Below, in pieces: positions 16,382 to 26,059 of a DNA stretch of 64,000 bases. The notes under the pieces were generated by a model, which worked only from the letters and a program-made list of their open reading frames with translations, had not been told where the DNA came from and did not search any database. Position 1 is the first letter of the stretch. Each line of letters begins with the position of its first letter. The stretch lies in assembly GCA_944381215.1 (NCBI GenBank), contig CALWKF010000007.1, positions 1,173 to 65,172 on the forward strand. Reading direction: 5' to 3'. The position numbers were made by a program, and so were the translations under genes. This DNA comes from an uncultured Clostridia bacterium (GTDB lineage Bacteria > Bacillota > Clostridia > Christensenellales > UBA1242).

Positions 16382-19033
16382 TTATAGTTGTCCATCAGAG
16401 AATAACTCATTATATTTTGCTTCATCAATCAAGATTTGGCGATTTTTATTTGTAGGGTCAGGCGTCGAGATAAAGCCATGTCGCTCCATTTGGTCGACTA
16501 TGCGCGCCGCACGTGCATAACCTACCGAATACCGACGTTGAATAGCAGAAATCGAGCCAGTACCCGCTCTAATAAATTCAAGTAAGGCTTTTGGTAAAAT
16601 CGGGTCGAGTTCATCCCCTCTTTCGACATCGCCACCGTCATCACTTCCGCCATTATGGCCATTACCCTTGCCCTCCAAAATTTGTTTGGTGCGCGCATCG
16701 TCAAAGTCGCTGTCGTTGTTGTTCTTAATAAAGTCGACAATATTTAATACTTCGGTATTAGTTATAAATGGACATTGAATACGCACAGGCTCAGGCAAGT
16801 TTTGCGGTGCATACAACATATCACCACGACCAAGTAGTTTTTCAGCACCACCCTGGTTAATAATAGTGTTAGAGTCGGCAAAGTTGTTTACTGCAAACGC
16901 AATACGAGATGGTAAGTTTGCCTTAATTGTACCCGTAATAACATTTACAGAAGGACGCTGTGTAGCAAGGATTAGGTGGATACCCGCGGCACGCGACAAC
17001 TGAGCAATACGCATAATTTTCTCTTCTAATTCCTTTCTAGCCATCATCATGAGGTCTGCTAACTCATCTACCACTATTACAATACGCGGTAGTTTTGGTT
17101 CGCGCCCCTTGTAAACAGCCTCCAAAGAGTTATACTCATTAATATCGCGGACTTTGAGTCTTTGGAATGTGTCAAAGCGGTCATCCATTTCCTTAATCGC
17201 CCAGTCAAATGCACTCAGTGCCTGCTTCGGCTGACAGATTACCTCAGGTGTTAATAAGTGTGGTAAGCCATTGTAACTTGTAAACTCCACGCGCTTTGGG
17301 TCGATTAGAATCAACCTTAAGTCATCTATGCCGAGTTTATAAATTAAGCTAATCAGTATTACATTTAGGCACACCGATTTACCCGAACCTGTTGCACCTG
17401 CTACCAACAGATGTGGCATAGCAGCTAAGTCGCAAACCTTAATTGTGCCCGCAATATCTTTACCCAGGGCAACAGTTAGAGGAGATTTGCTATTATGAAA
17501 TTCTGGCGAATTAATGATATCATTTAACCCAATTGTAGCAATTTTTTCGTTTGGAATCTCGATACCAACAAGGTTTTTACCAGGAATAGGTGCTTCAATA
17601 CGCACACCACCATACGACTTCATCATCATTGCAATGTCATCGCTGTGCTGTGAAATCTTTTTAACCGAGATACCTGCGGGCATTTGAATTTCGTACCGAG
17701 TAACAGCAGGGCCTCGAGTAATACCTACAACAGTAGCGGAAATTTTAAAGCTATCTAGCGTGTCTTCTAGCACATGAGCGCGTTGCTTGAAGTCCGCTTC
17801 ATTTCCGTCTTGCTTACTCGACTGCGTTGTAAGCAGGCTTACAGGAGGGCGAACATACGGGCTCGGACGCTTGTAAGTTGTGGTCGGGTTTGGAGTAGGC
17901 TTTGTTTGTTGCATTTCAAGTTGTGTGGTCTTTTGCTCCTGCTCCCTAGGTTTTAGGTCGTGATTAATATTGTTAAGTGGCTGAATGTTTGCCGACGAGG
18001 TGTTATTAATCATTTTATTTACATTGTTTATGATTGCCTCACTCTCTGCTGGTGAATGTTGCTCCACATTTATCGATTCATTGACCTTTTCGTCAAAAGA
18101 TTCAAAGTTAAACTTGTCTGCATTGTGATTAACCTCAGCACTTTGATAACCGCTAGGAGTGTACTGGGTGTTAGTTTGATAATTGCGAGACTCGAAAGTG
18201 CTGTTGTTTGTCTTATTTACAAACTCATCAAGCGTTATAGCATCCTCGCGTTTAGGCGGTGTAGGCTGTGCTTTGTTAACAAGGTTTTGGTAATCACCTC
18301 CAAACACTTGATTTGCAATATTGTCGTTACTACTCTTCCCAACGGTAACCAATTCATTGTTAGAGTTAAGGCCAAGAGTAAGAGATTCTCCCGCCTGTTT
18401 TTTCATGCTCTCAATTAGGCTTTGCTTTCTGCTAATTTGTTTTTCAACATTCACTGCTTCCTCTTGAATGCGGGTGTTACCTTTTTCAATTGGATAACTT
18501 ACAGCACGAGCATTTAACTTCTTATAATCGCTCATTTTTAAGAAATAATCTACCATAAAAGCTACGCAGATTATTGCACCGATTGCAAATAGTATATACG
18601 CGCCAGTATAGCCAAACAATGCGCTAAACCCATAGGCAAATATTCCTGCAATTACTCCACCAGCTGTATTCTTAGAGGCGTATGTATCCCCAAGATACTC
18701 CCCCATTCCCATGTAGTCCATATCAGTTAGAGCGGTTTGCAATACACAAATTAACAAGAAGTACAACACACAAATACAAATAATATAATTTTTTGCAATT
18801 ATATACTTTCGATTAGTGAGTAGCAAAGCCCCTATTACAAGGGCTACCACGAGAACTGGGTACGTGGCCATACCGAATGCACCTAAAATAAAGGAACGGA
18901 TAAAAGGCAAAAAGTTAAATATAAGGCAAATCAGTAAGAAAACAGAGCAAACCAAAACAGCGATGCCAATTACAGCACGCCTAGAGAGTTTATTTCCAGG
19001 ACCTCCTACATTTCTGTCGGTATAATTTTGCAA
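16382..19033 (-). CDS. ftsK: DNA translocase FtsK/SpoIIIE
   Basis: N-terminal TM segments, low-complexity linker, motor domain (GATGSGKS, VVDELADL), and a C-terminal gamma wHTH. TTG start after GGGAGG. Confidence 0.95.
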   Translation of the reverse strand: MQNYTDRNVGGPGNKLSRRAVIGIAVLVCSVFLLICLIFNFLPFIRSFILGAFGMATYPVLVVALVIGALLLTNRKYIIAKNYIICICVLYFLLICVLQTALTDMDYMGMGEYLGDTYASKNTAGGVIAGIFAYGFSALFGYTGAYILFAIGAIICVAFMVDYFLKMSDYKKLNARAVSYPIEKGNTRIQEEAVNVEKQISRKQSLIESMKKQAGESLTLGLNSNNELVTVGKSSNDNIANQVFGGDYQNLVNKAQPTPPKREDAITLDEFVNKTNNSTFESRNYQTNTQYTPSGYQSAEVNHNADKFNFESFDEKVNESINVEQHSPAESEAIINNVNKMINNTSSANIQPLNNINHDLKPREQEQKTTQLEMQQTKPTPNPTTTYKRPSPYVRPPVSLLTTQSSKQDGNEADFKQRAHVLEDTLDSFKISATVVGITRGPAVTRYEIQMPAGISVKKISQHSDDIAMMMKSYGGVRIEAPIPGKNLVGIEIPNEKIATIGLNDIINSPEFHNSKSPLTVALGKDIAGTIKVCDLAAMPHLLVAGATGSGKSVCLNVILISLIYKLGIDDLRLILIDPKRVEFTSYNGLPHLLTPEVICQPKQALSAFDWAIKEMDDRFDTFQRLKVRDINEYNSLEAVYKGREPKLPRIVIVVDELADLMMMARKELEEKIMRIAQLSRAAGIHLILATQRPSVNVITGTIKANLPSRIAFAVNNFADSNTIINQGGAEKLLGRGDMLYAPQNLPEPVRIQCPFITNTEVLNIVDFIKNNNDSDFDDARTKQILEGKGNGHNGGSDDGGDVERGDELDPILPKALLEFIRAGTGSISAIQRRYSVGYARAARIVDQMERHGFISTPDPTNKNRQILIDEAKYNELFSDGQL

Positions 19034-19146
19034 AATAAACCTCCCTTTTGTTTGCTCTATCTTATTTAATTAAATAATATCATTTTTTGTGTAAAAACAC
19101 AAATAAAACTCGGGTATTTTTTAAATTTCCGCCCCCGTGAGCCATT

Positions 19147-20415
19147 TTATTCTGTTAGTATTTTAATAGGGTCGAGTTTGTTGTCTTTTGACACGACCGT
19201 AACAGTCATATCTTTATTATCAAAATACTTTGTAAATGCGTTATTCATATCTTGTATAGTTATCTTGTCAATAGCCTCTAATTCTTCATCTATATTTAAT
19301 AGTTTGTTATTGTAAATTAATTTCTCGCCTCCGCTCAATGCCTTCTTTGCTGGTTGAATGGTGCCGAGTACTAGACTGGTCTTTCGTAAGTTCTTTGCGA
19401 CACTCAAGTCATCTTCATTAAACCCATCTGCGCGTATCTCCTCTAGCACTTCTCTAACCGCCTTATATGTCTCCTCTGCTTTATCAATATTACAATAGAA
19501 TATAATGCCGTTCTGTGACTTTGCGCAATCAGAGCAGAAGGTACTAATTGTGTACACAAGTCCTCTTTCTTCACGCACCTTTCTAAATAGTCTCGAACTC
19601 ATTGACCCGCCTAGTGCGCGTATCATACATCTATACGCGGTTAGGTCCTCGCTATCCATTCCTATACCTCTAAATGATATGGTGCTATAGTATTGGTCAG
19701 TATCTCTCTTTGTAAACGAATACTTTTCCTTTATGTCTATGCCAAAGTCATCAACTATATAATTAATAGGTGTCTTTTCCTCTGTAGAGCAATTGGGTAA
19801 AACATATTTATTTATTAGAGCTTCTACTTCCTCTTGCGTTACATTGCCACTAACACTGATTACGAGGCGATCGGGAGTATAATACTTGTTTCTAAAATTA
19901 ATTAAGTCCTCACGCTCTAATTTGCTAACTGATTCGACAGTGCCTCCAAGTGGGTATGCATACTCTGTCCCCTGTAATGCTAGTTCCTCTGACTTTGCGA
20001 TCATTAAGTCCTTGTTATCATCTAGGCGCATCTCGAGTTCGCTGCAAACCACTTTACGCTCTAGCACTAACTCCTCTTTAGGGAATTGCGAGTGGAAAAA
20101 GCAATCTGACAATATATCAAACATATTCTCGCATTGACTGGCAAGACCAATGTTATAAAATACAGTCATGTCCTTTGATGTGTATGCATTCACAAAAATA
20201 CCCAGTTTATCAAATTCTGCGTTTATTTCTTTACAAGTGCGTTTCTCAGTGCCTTTAAAAAACATATGCTCTAAAAAGTGCGCTATACCTCTATTAGTGT
20301 CATCTTCATCCTTTCCGCCGACAAGAGTCATAAAGTTTACTGATACCGATTGATTGGTCGTATCGTGATTGTGTATTAATCGTAATCCATTTTTATAAGT
20401 TTTCAAGGTGTACAT
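19147..20415 (-). CDS. M16-family (pitrilysin/insulinase-like) peptidase
   Basis: HFLEHMFFKGT zinc motif. Size and arrangement resemble B. subtilis MlpA/YmxG. Confidence 0.85.
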   Translation of the reverse strand: MYTLKTYKNGLRLIHNHDTTNQSVSVNFMTLVGGKDEDDTNRGIAHFLEHMFFKGTEKRTCKEINAEFDKLGIFVNAYTSKDMTVFYNIGLASQCENMFDILSDCFFHSQFPKEELVLERKVVCSELEMRLDDNKDLMIAKSEELALQGTEYAYPLGGTVESVSKLEREDLINFRNKYYTPDRLVISVSGNVTQEEVEALINKYVLPNCSTEEKTPINYIVDDFGIDIKEKYSFTKRDTDQYYSTISFRGIGMDSEDLTAYRCMIRALGGSMSSRLFRKVREERGLVYTISTFCSDCAKSQNGIIFYCNIDKAEETYKAVREVLEEIRADGFNEDDLSVAKNLRKTSLVLGTIQPAKKALSGGEKLIYNNKLLNIDEELEAIDKITIQDMNNAFTKYFDNKDMTVTVVSKDNKLDPIKILTE

Positions 20416-20478
20416 AATTCTCTCCTAAACATTGTTTTTCTTGAATTATACCACTTCATTTTATTTCTGGCAATTAAA

Positions 20479-21189
20479 TCAAATTAAAATATTACTAGAT
20501 ACTGGCACAACATTTAAATTATTTTCAATACAATAGTCAAGTATTCGTGGTAGCGCAAGGGCCGTGCATCTTGTCGGGTGCATGAGTACTAGCTCGCCGT
20601 TTGACAACTTGTTTGTCGCCCTTTCGTAGATTAACTCGGTATCTTGATCTCGCCAGTCAATTGTGTCGCGACTCCACATGATCACCTGGTATCCTAGATT
20701 TGTAGCGCAAGCAATGGTATCGTCATTAAAGGCCCCCGAAGGCGGAGCAAAGAGCGTCATATCCGCCCCCGTGTATTCCTTTACTAGTTTATGGGTATTG
20801 AGTATCTCGCTTTGATTATCCTGGTATGACAACTTATCCATATCCTTATGGAAAAAGCCGTGATTCCCAATTTCGTGGCCCGAGGATACTATTCTCATAA
20901 AATCCTCAGGGAATTTGGACACCCAAGTCCCGCCGACGAAAAATGTAGTTTTTACCCCGTATTTTTCTAGTGTCCCTAGCATACTGGGAAGGTACTCATT
21001 ACCCCAATACACATTTACCATTAAGGACACATTGTTTTTAGATGTATCGCCTTTGTAGAACACTTTCTCAATATTTGGACTAAAAACGCTCCTAACATCA
21101 TTATTGACAGTTAGCACGCATAAAAAACCTAGTATTAACACAATAATAAAATTTACACCAACTGAGCGAAAAAACTGAAATGCCTTCAC
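20479..21189 (-). CDS. Polysaccharide deacetylase family protein (signal-anchored)
   Basis: N-terminal TM segment plus NodB-type motifs TFFVGG and HEIGNHGFFH. Confidence 0.85.
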   Translation of the reverse strand: MKAFQFFRSVGVNFIIVLILGFLCVLTVNNDVRSVFSPNIEKVFYKGDTSKNNVSLMVNVYWGNEYLPSMLGTLEKYGVKTTFFVGGTWVSKFPEDFMRIVSSGHEIGNHGFFHKDMDKLSYQDNQSEILNTHKLVKEYTGADMTLFAPPSGAFNDDTIACATNLGYQVIMWSRDTIDWRDQDTELIYERATNKLSNGELVLMHPTRCTALALPRILDYCIENNLNVVPVSSNILI

Positions 21190-21245
21190 GATAATATACC
21201 CCCTATACTATCATATTATATCGGCAATTCCTTTATGAAACAATA

Positions 21246-21274
21246 TTGACATTTCCCTATACATTTGGTATAAT
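21246..21274 (+). promoter_or_regulatory. Consensus sigma-A promoter (TTGACA-17-TATAAT)
   Basis: Both hexamers are perfect with a 17-nt spacer, 27 nt upstream of the ATG at 21302. Confidence 0.7.
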
Positions 21275-21301
21275 TATTAATAATAATTAGGTGGTAAAAT
21301 T

Positions 21302-21958
21302 ATGTTATTTATAATTGCTGGTAGCGCGGGGGCGGGTAAAACTACTATTATCGGGAAAGTTATAGAGCGATTGGGTGCTAAAAACATTAACCGCTTCCCT
21401 ACATGTACGACACGCATGCCGAGGCCTGGTGAGGTAAATGGGCGCGACTACTACTTCTTCTCAAAAGACGAGTTTATTGAGCACATTAAGTCGCACGATA
21501 TAATTGAGGCAAAAAAGGTATATGGAAATATCTATGGGACTAATCTCGATGCTATTCTAAATACCTTGCACACCTCGAAAGTTGCAATAAAAGACTTCGA
21601 TGTAGAAGGCTGCGCTAATGTCAAGCGACGTATAAATCAGGTACTCGAGCGTAAAGGTATGGACCCAATTCCTGTTGTAATGGTGCTAATCGATGCGCCC
21701 GATGATGTGCTGGTCGCTAGAATGAAACAGCGAAATGATAACACCAATGTCCTAGAGCGTGAACGAGAATTAATTAAAGAGCGTGTGATTAAGCGCAAAA
21801 CACAGTATGACTACATAATCACGAACGATGACTTAGAGAAGAGTGTAGATACCTTGTGCGACATCATAAAGCGCGAATATGCCCGCGAATATAATCGCCC
21901 ACTCCTACCTGTAAAAACTGGTATACCAGCAATAAAATTATCACAACAATACTTATAA
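21302..21958 (+). CDS. Guanylate kinase-like nucleoside-monophosphate kinase
   Basis: P-loop GSAGAGKTT, TTRMPRPGEVNGRDYYF, GNIYGT. Confidence 0.7.
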   Translation: MLFIIAGSAGAGKTTIIGKVIERLGAKNINRFPTCTTRMPRPGEVNGRDYYFFSKDEFIEHIKSHDIIEAKKVYGNIYGTNLDAILNTLHTSKVAIKDFDVEGCANVKRRINQVLERKGMDPIPVVMVLIDAPDDVLVARMKQRNDNTNVLERERELIKERVIKRKTQYDYIITNDDLEKSVDTLCDIIKREYAREYNRPLLPVKTGIPAIKLSQQYL

Positions 21959-21985
21959 AAAATCATACCAAGTACTGGTATGATT

Positions 21986-23026
21986 TTAATTTATTATACT
22001 ATTACGAAGTTGACCGCAAGCCCCGTCGATATCATCCGCCATAGTTCTGCGAATTGTAACAGAGACTCCGCGTTGTTCAAGCATCGCTTTAAAGTTCTCA
22101 GCCTGCTTATGTGTCACTGTTTTTAGGTCGCGCTCTGTAACCTCATTTAGTGGTATTAAGTTTATGTGCGTAGGAAAGCCTTTTACAAGATTCGCTAGTT
22201 CCGCCGCACACTCCTTGGTGTTATTGACACCATCAATGAGCGCGTATTCAAACACGACCCTACGGCCTGTTTTTTCAAAGTAATACCGAGCCGCCTTGAT
22301 AATCTCGCTAATGCTATATGAATTAGCAATAGGCATGATTGTTTTTCGAAGAGTATCATTCGGTGCGTGTAGAGAAATAGTAAGGATTACTTGTAGGCCC
22401 TCTTCGGCAAGCTTGTAGATATTGGGGACCAAACCGCAGGTGGATATCGATATATTACGAGGGGAAATATTGAGGCTCTCGGGGGCGGATACTAGCCTAA
22501 TAAATTTTACGACATTATCGTAGTTATCCAAAGGCTCGCCCATTCCCATAAGCACGACATTCGTAACTTTGCGGTGCTTCCCAGTCTTTCCGCCCAAGCG
22601 CGCGTTTACGGCTAAAACTTGCGACAATATTTCGCCAGCGGTGAGATTTCGCGTAAGTCCATGCAGGGTCGAGGCACAAAACTTACAGCCCATGCGACAG
22701 CCGACTTGCGTAGACACGCACAAAGTGTTGCCGTATTTATATTGCATTAGCACGCCCTCAATAATATTCTTGTCGCTTAATTCATACGCAAATTTTATTG
22801 TGCCGTCGTGGCTGTGTTGCTCGGTGTATATTTTTAGAGGAATGTCCTCAAATTCGGCAAGCAACTTTTCCTTCAACTCTTTCGAGATATTGCTAAAAGA
22901 GGAAATGCTTTTCCCCAAGTTTATATTGTCATAAATTTGTTTCGCTCTAAACTTCTGTTCATTTAGCGACAAAATCATCTGCTGAATTTCATCTAATGTA
23001 TAATCTTGTAAAATTTTCATAATCAT
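21986..23026 (-). CDS. rlmN: 23S rRNA/tRNA (adenine-C2)-methyltransferase RlmN
   Basis: Radical-SAM CRMGCKFC, plus GMGEP and a conserved C-terminal Cys region. Confidence 0.93.
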   Translation of the reverse strand: MIMKILQDYTLDEIQQMILSLNEQKFRAKQIYDNINLGKSISSFSNISKELKEKLLAEFEDIPLKIYTEQHSHDGTIKFAYELSDKNIIEGVLMQYKYGNTLCVSTQVGCRMGCKFCASTLHGLTRNLTAGEILSQVLAVNARLGGKTGKHRKVTNVVLMGMGEPLDNYDNVVKFIRLVSAPESLNISPRNISISTCGLVPNIYKLAEEGLQVILTISLHAPNDTLRKTIMPIANSYSISEIIKAARYYFEKTGRRVVFEYALIDGVNNTKECAAELANLVKGFPTHINLIPLNEVTERDLKTVTHKQAENFKAMLEQRGVSVTIRRTMADDIDGACGQLRNSIIN

Positions 23027-23700
23027 TCCTTATTTTTTAATAAATCTAGTACAACTTCGCGTGCTATGGTAATTCCCATTACCGCGGGCACGAAGGCATT
23101 GCTCGAAATGGTCCCGCTGGCCTTAAAAAGTGGCTGTTCTGTCGAAAAGGCGCATTTAACCCCGCTTATACCTAGTTTTTTTAGTTTTTCACGCATAATT
23201 CGGGCTAGTGGACATGTATAGGTGTCAAAAATGTCGGCAATTTTGATTTTACTCACATCCATTTTATTCCCCGCGCCCATGGCAGAAATTACGGAAATAT
23301 TTTGCGCCTTCGCGCGTGAAATTATAGTTACCTTCGCCTCTATATCATCCACAGCATCTACAACGTAATCGAATTTTGAAAAGTCTAAATCGCTAGTGCT
23401 TGAAAACTCAATATTAACTGTATGCACCTTGATTTTTGGATTAATGTCTAACAGCCTACTACTACATACATCGACCTTATTTTGCCCTATGGTACTGTGA
23501 AGTGCTAGAATTTGCCTATTAATATTTGTAATATCGATAGTGTCCTTGTCTACAATAGTTAATTCGCCAATTCCACTGCGAGTAAGCGTTTCCGCCACAT
23601 GTCCACCCACACCGCCAAGACCAAATACGGCGATGTGCTCGGTAGAAAGCAGGCCTAGGCCTTCCGCACCAATCTGTAGTTTTAATCGTTCAAACTCCAT
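23023..23700 (-). CDS. tcdA: ThiF/TcdA-family tRNA threonylcarbamoyladenosine dehydratase-like protein
   Basis: GLGGVGG Rossmann motif followed by VDKDTIDITNINRQ. Confidence 0.75.
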   Translation of the reverse strand: MEFERLKLQIGAEGLGLLSTEHIAVFGLGGVGGHVAETLTRSGIGELTIVDKDTIDITNINRQILALHSTIGQNKVDVCSSRLLDINPKIKVHTVNIEFSSTSDLDFSKFDYVVDAVDDIEAKVTIISRAKAQNISVISAMGAGNKMDVSKIKIADIFDTYTCPLARIMREKLKKLGISGVKCAFSTEQPLFKASGTISSNAFVPAVMGITIAREVVLDLLKNKE

Positions 23701-23701
23701 T

Positions 23702-24433
23702 TTATCCCTCTAATTTAAACACTTTTTTGGCATTTTCGCTAGTTAATAAACAAATATCGCTTAATTCTACCCCGCGAACAGTAGCGAGCGTTTTTGCGGT
23801 AAACACAATATTTTGCGGGACATTTTTTTCGCCTCTATTTAACCCCGCTGGCAACATCGAGGGCGAATCAGTTTCAATTAATAACTGTGCGTCTGGCACT
23901 ATTTTTGCGACCTCGCGAAGTAAAACATTGCGCTTATATGTCAAATTTCCCGAAAAAGAAATGTAACAGCCAAGGTCGATTGCCCGCTTTGCGATATTCA
24001 TGTCCCCATGAAATGCGTGTAAAACACAAGGCACATCACGCTTAAACAAGTCAAAAAAGTGCTGGTAGTCCTCTAAATTACGTAAATGCACCGAAATCGG
24101 CAAATTTAACTCCTTTGCAAGCGCGATTTGCCCTAAAAATGCCTCAATTTGCTTTGAGTAGTTTGGAAAAGTACTGTCGAGCCCTATTTCGCCTATGGCT
24201 ACGATGTCATGCCTGTGCGCCTTAATGAAATTTTCGGCGTTTTGATCGTAATTTAGAGCAAATTCGGGATAAATTCCAAGGCCACAAGCGCATTTTTCGT
24301 GTTTTTTGCAGTAGTCGAGTGCCAAATCAAAATTTGCGACATCGTAACTAAAAACTAGTGCTTTTTCAATATCTGCCATATCAATTTTGCTATCTTCAAT
24401 TGCAAAAAGATGTGAATGTGAATCAATAAACAT
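23702..24433 (-). CDS. TatD-family metal-dependent hydrolase
   Basis: N-terminal DSHSH, then EIGLD, SVHLR and ETDSP motifs. Confidence 0.88.
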   Translation of the reverse strand: MFIDSHSHLFAIEDSKIDMADIEKALVFSYDVANFDLALDYCKKHEKCACGLGIYPEFALNYDQNAENFIKAHRHDIVAIGEIGLDSTFPNYSKQIEAFLGQIALAKELNLPISVHLRNLEDYQHFFDLFKRDVPCVLHAFHGDMNIAKRAIDLGCYISFSGNLTYKRNVLLREVAKIVPDAQLLIETDSPSMLPAGLNRGEKNVPQNIVFTAKTLATVRGVELSDICLLTSENAKKVFKLEG

Positions 24434-24508
24434 ATCAAACCTCGACTTATTATATCATAAACATCGAAAAAGTACAAGAAAAAATAAAAAAGCAAGTAAA
24501 AACTTGCT

Positions 24509-24763
24509 TTAACGAATGCCTAATTCGGCCTTCAACGACCTAAATTTCTCTAGGTCAGTCTTCTCTAAGTAGTTAAGCAAACCTTTGCGCTTACCAACGA
24601 GCTTGAGTAGACCTCTGCGAGAGTGGTTGTCCTTTGGGTGCTGTTTTAGGTGCTCTGTCAACTCTCTAATACGAGCAGACAATAGCGCAATTTGCACCTC
24701 AGGAGAGCCAGTGTCGCCCTCTTTTCTGCCGAACTTAGCAATAATCTCTTGCTTGTTCATCAT
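24509..24763 (-). CDS. rpsO: 30S ribosomal protein S15
   Basis: [32 protein letters not shown]. The second ATG (24760) has better RBS spacing. Confidence 0.95.
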   Translation of the reverse strand: MMNKQEIIAKFGRKEGDTGSPEVQIALLSARIRELTEHLKQHPKDNHSRRGLLKLVGKRKGLLNYLEKTDLEKFRSLKAELGIR

Positions 24764-24873
24764 ATACTCCTTATTTTAAATTTGCCTAAATCAAAGTATT
24801 ACACGGAGTAACTCTGTAAAACTGTGAAAAAGGTACTTTTTTATATTACCATAAAAAAGGCATTTTGTAAAGA

Positions 24874-26052
24874 TTATTGCTCAAAAAACTTGCGTTTTTT
24901 CTCTAAAATTTCTTCAATTCCCATTATGTATTGGCCTAAATCGTATGTGTTTTGAATGCTCTTGCGAGTGTTGTGCAGATTTTTTACGATAACGGTGTTC
25001 GTGTCTGCCCCACATCCAAGGCTTGTCGACACTTCCCAATACTTATCCTCTAAGTACTTACATTTCTTGTTGTTTAGCGCATAGCCTACATTTTCAAAAC
25101 AACCACTCTCAACCTCGGTACAATACAAGAAGTATGGACTAAACCCTAGTGATTTCATAGTGTTACTGGAGTACTCTAAGAGTTTGCGTTGCTCCGCGAT
25201 TATGTTTTTATCCGTTGTAACCTCGATATTATTCCCCTGCGGGCAAAAGCGCGAGTAAAAATCGATACCAGTTGCCCCCAATTCTACTGCAAGTTTTATG
25301 TTGCGACCAAGTTGCAATTCATGCTCCTGAGGTAAACCAACCAACAATTCAATATTTAGGTCAAACCCGAATTCCGCAATCAATTTAAACGAGTCGTAAA
25401 CCTCTTTAAACTCGTATCTACGGCACAATTTCCTTAGGCTAACCGTGTTAAAAGTCAGCGCGTTTACTATAATGCGCGTTACGTTATATTTTTTTAGAAT
25501 TGCTAGTTTTTCGCGGGTAACGAACTTGGGATTTCCCAATTCAACATTGATTTCGCTCAACGTATAAGTGCACTTTGAAAGTACTTTTTCAATTTCCTCT
25601 GCATCAAGAGCTAATAGATTCCCTGTATAGCAAATCGCCTTTACGATATAGCACCGCTTCGCGATTATTTCGCGAGTTAGCTTTATTTCACGCATAATAG
25701 CATCAAAATAATACATATACGCATCAGTATTTTTTGAACGCTGATACATGTTGCGCCGACAATTCACACACCGCCATTCACAAAATGGGAAGTTTATTGT
25801 AAGCAGAATCTCGTTATCGTTCCTCACAATTCCCTTATCCGCTCTTAACGCGTGCGCCATCAAGCCCGCCTTTCGATAATCTACATGCTTTTCAGCGAAC
25901 AAAAAATCGCGAAAATCTTCGTACTGCATACCGCTAATTAGATATTGTTCTGCAATACGTGTAGGAAACTTTCCGCGAAATTCCTCGGTCCACGGAAATT
26001 TAGAAAAATCTTTTGGCTTTGGCACAACTTTTGGTATTCTTAATCTTGTCAT
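24874..26052 (-). CDS. Radical SAM protein, HemN/HemZ-like
   Basis: CEWRCVNC (CxxxCxxC) cluster motif. Size and overall layout fit the coproporphyrinogen-dehydrogenase-like family. Confidence 0.65.
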   Translation of the reverse strand: MTRLRIPKVVPKPKDFSKFPWTEEFRGKFPTRIAEQYLISGMQYEDFRDFLFAEKHVDYRKAGLMAHALRADKGIVRNDNEILLTINFPFCEWRCVNCRRNMYQRSKNTDAYMYYFDAIMREIKLTREIIAKRCYIVKAICYTGNLLALDAEEIEKVLSKCTYTLSEINVELGNPKFVTREKLAILKKYNVTRIIVNALTFNTVSLRKLCRRYEFKEVYDSFKLIAEFGFDLNIELLVGLPQEHELQLGRNIKLAVELGATGIDFYSRFCPQGNNIEVTTDKNIIAEQRKLLEYSSNTMKSLGFSPYFLYCTEVESGCFENVGYALNNKKCKYLEDKYWEVSTSLGCGADTNTVIVKNLHNTRKSIQNTYDLGQYIMGIEEILEKKRKFFEQ

Positions 26053-26059
26053 TTTCCCT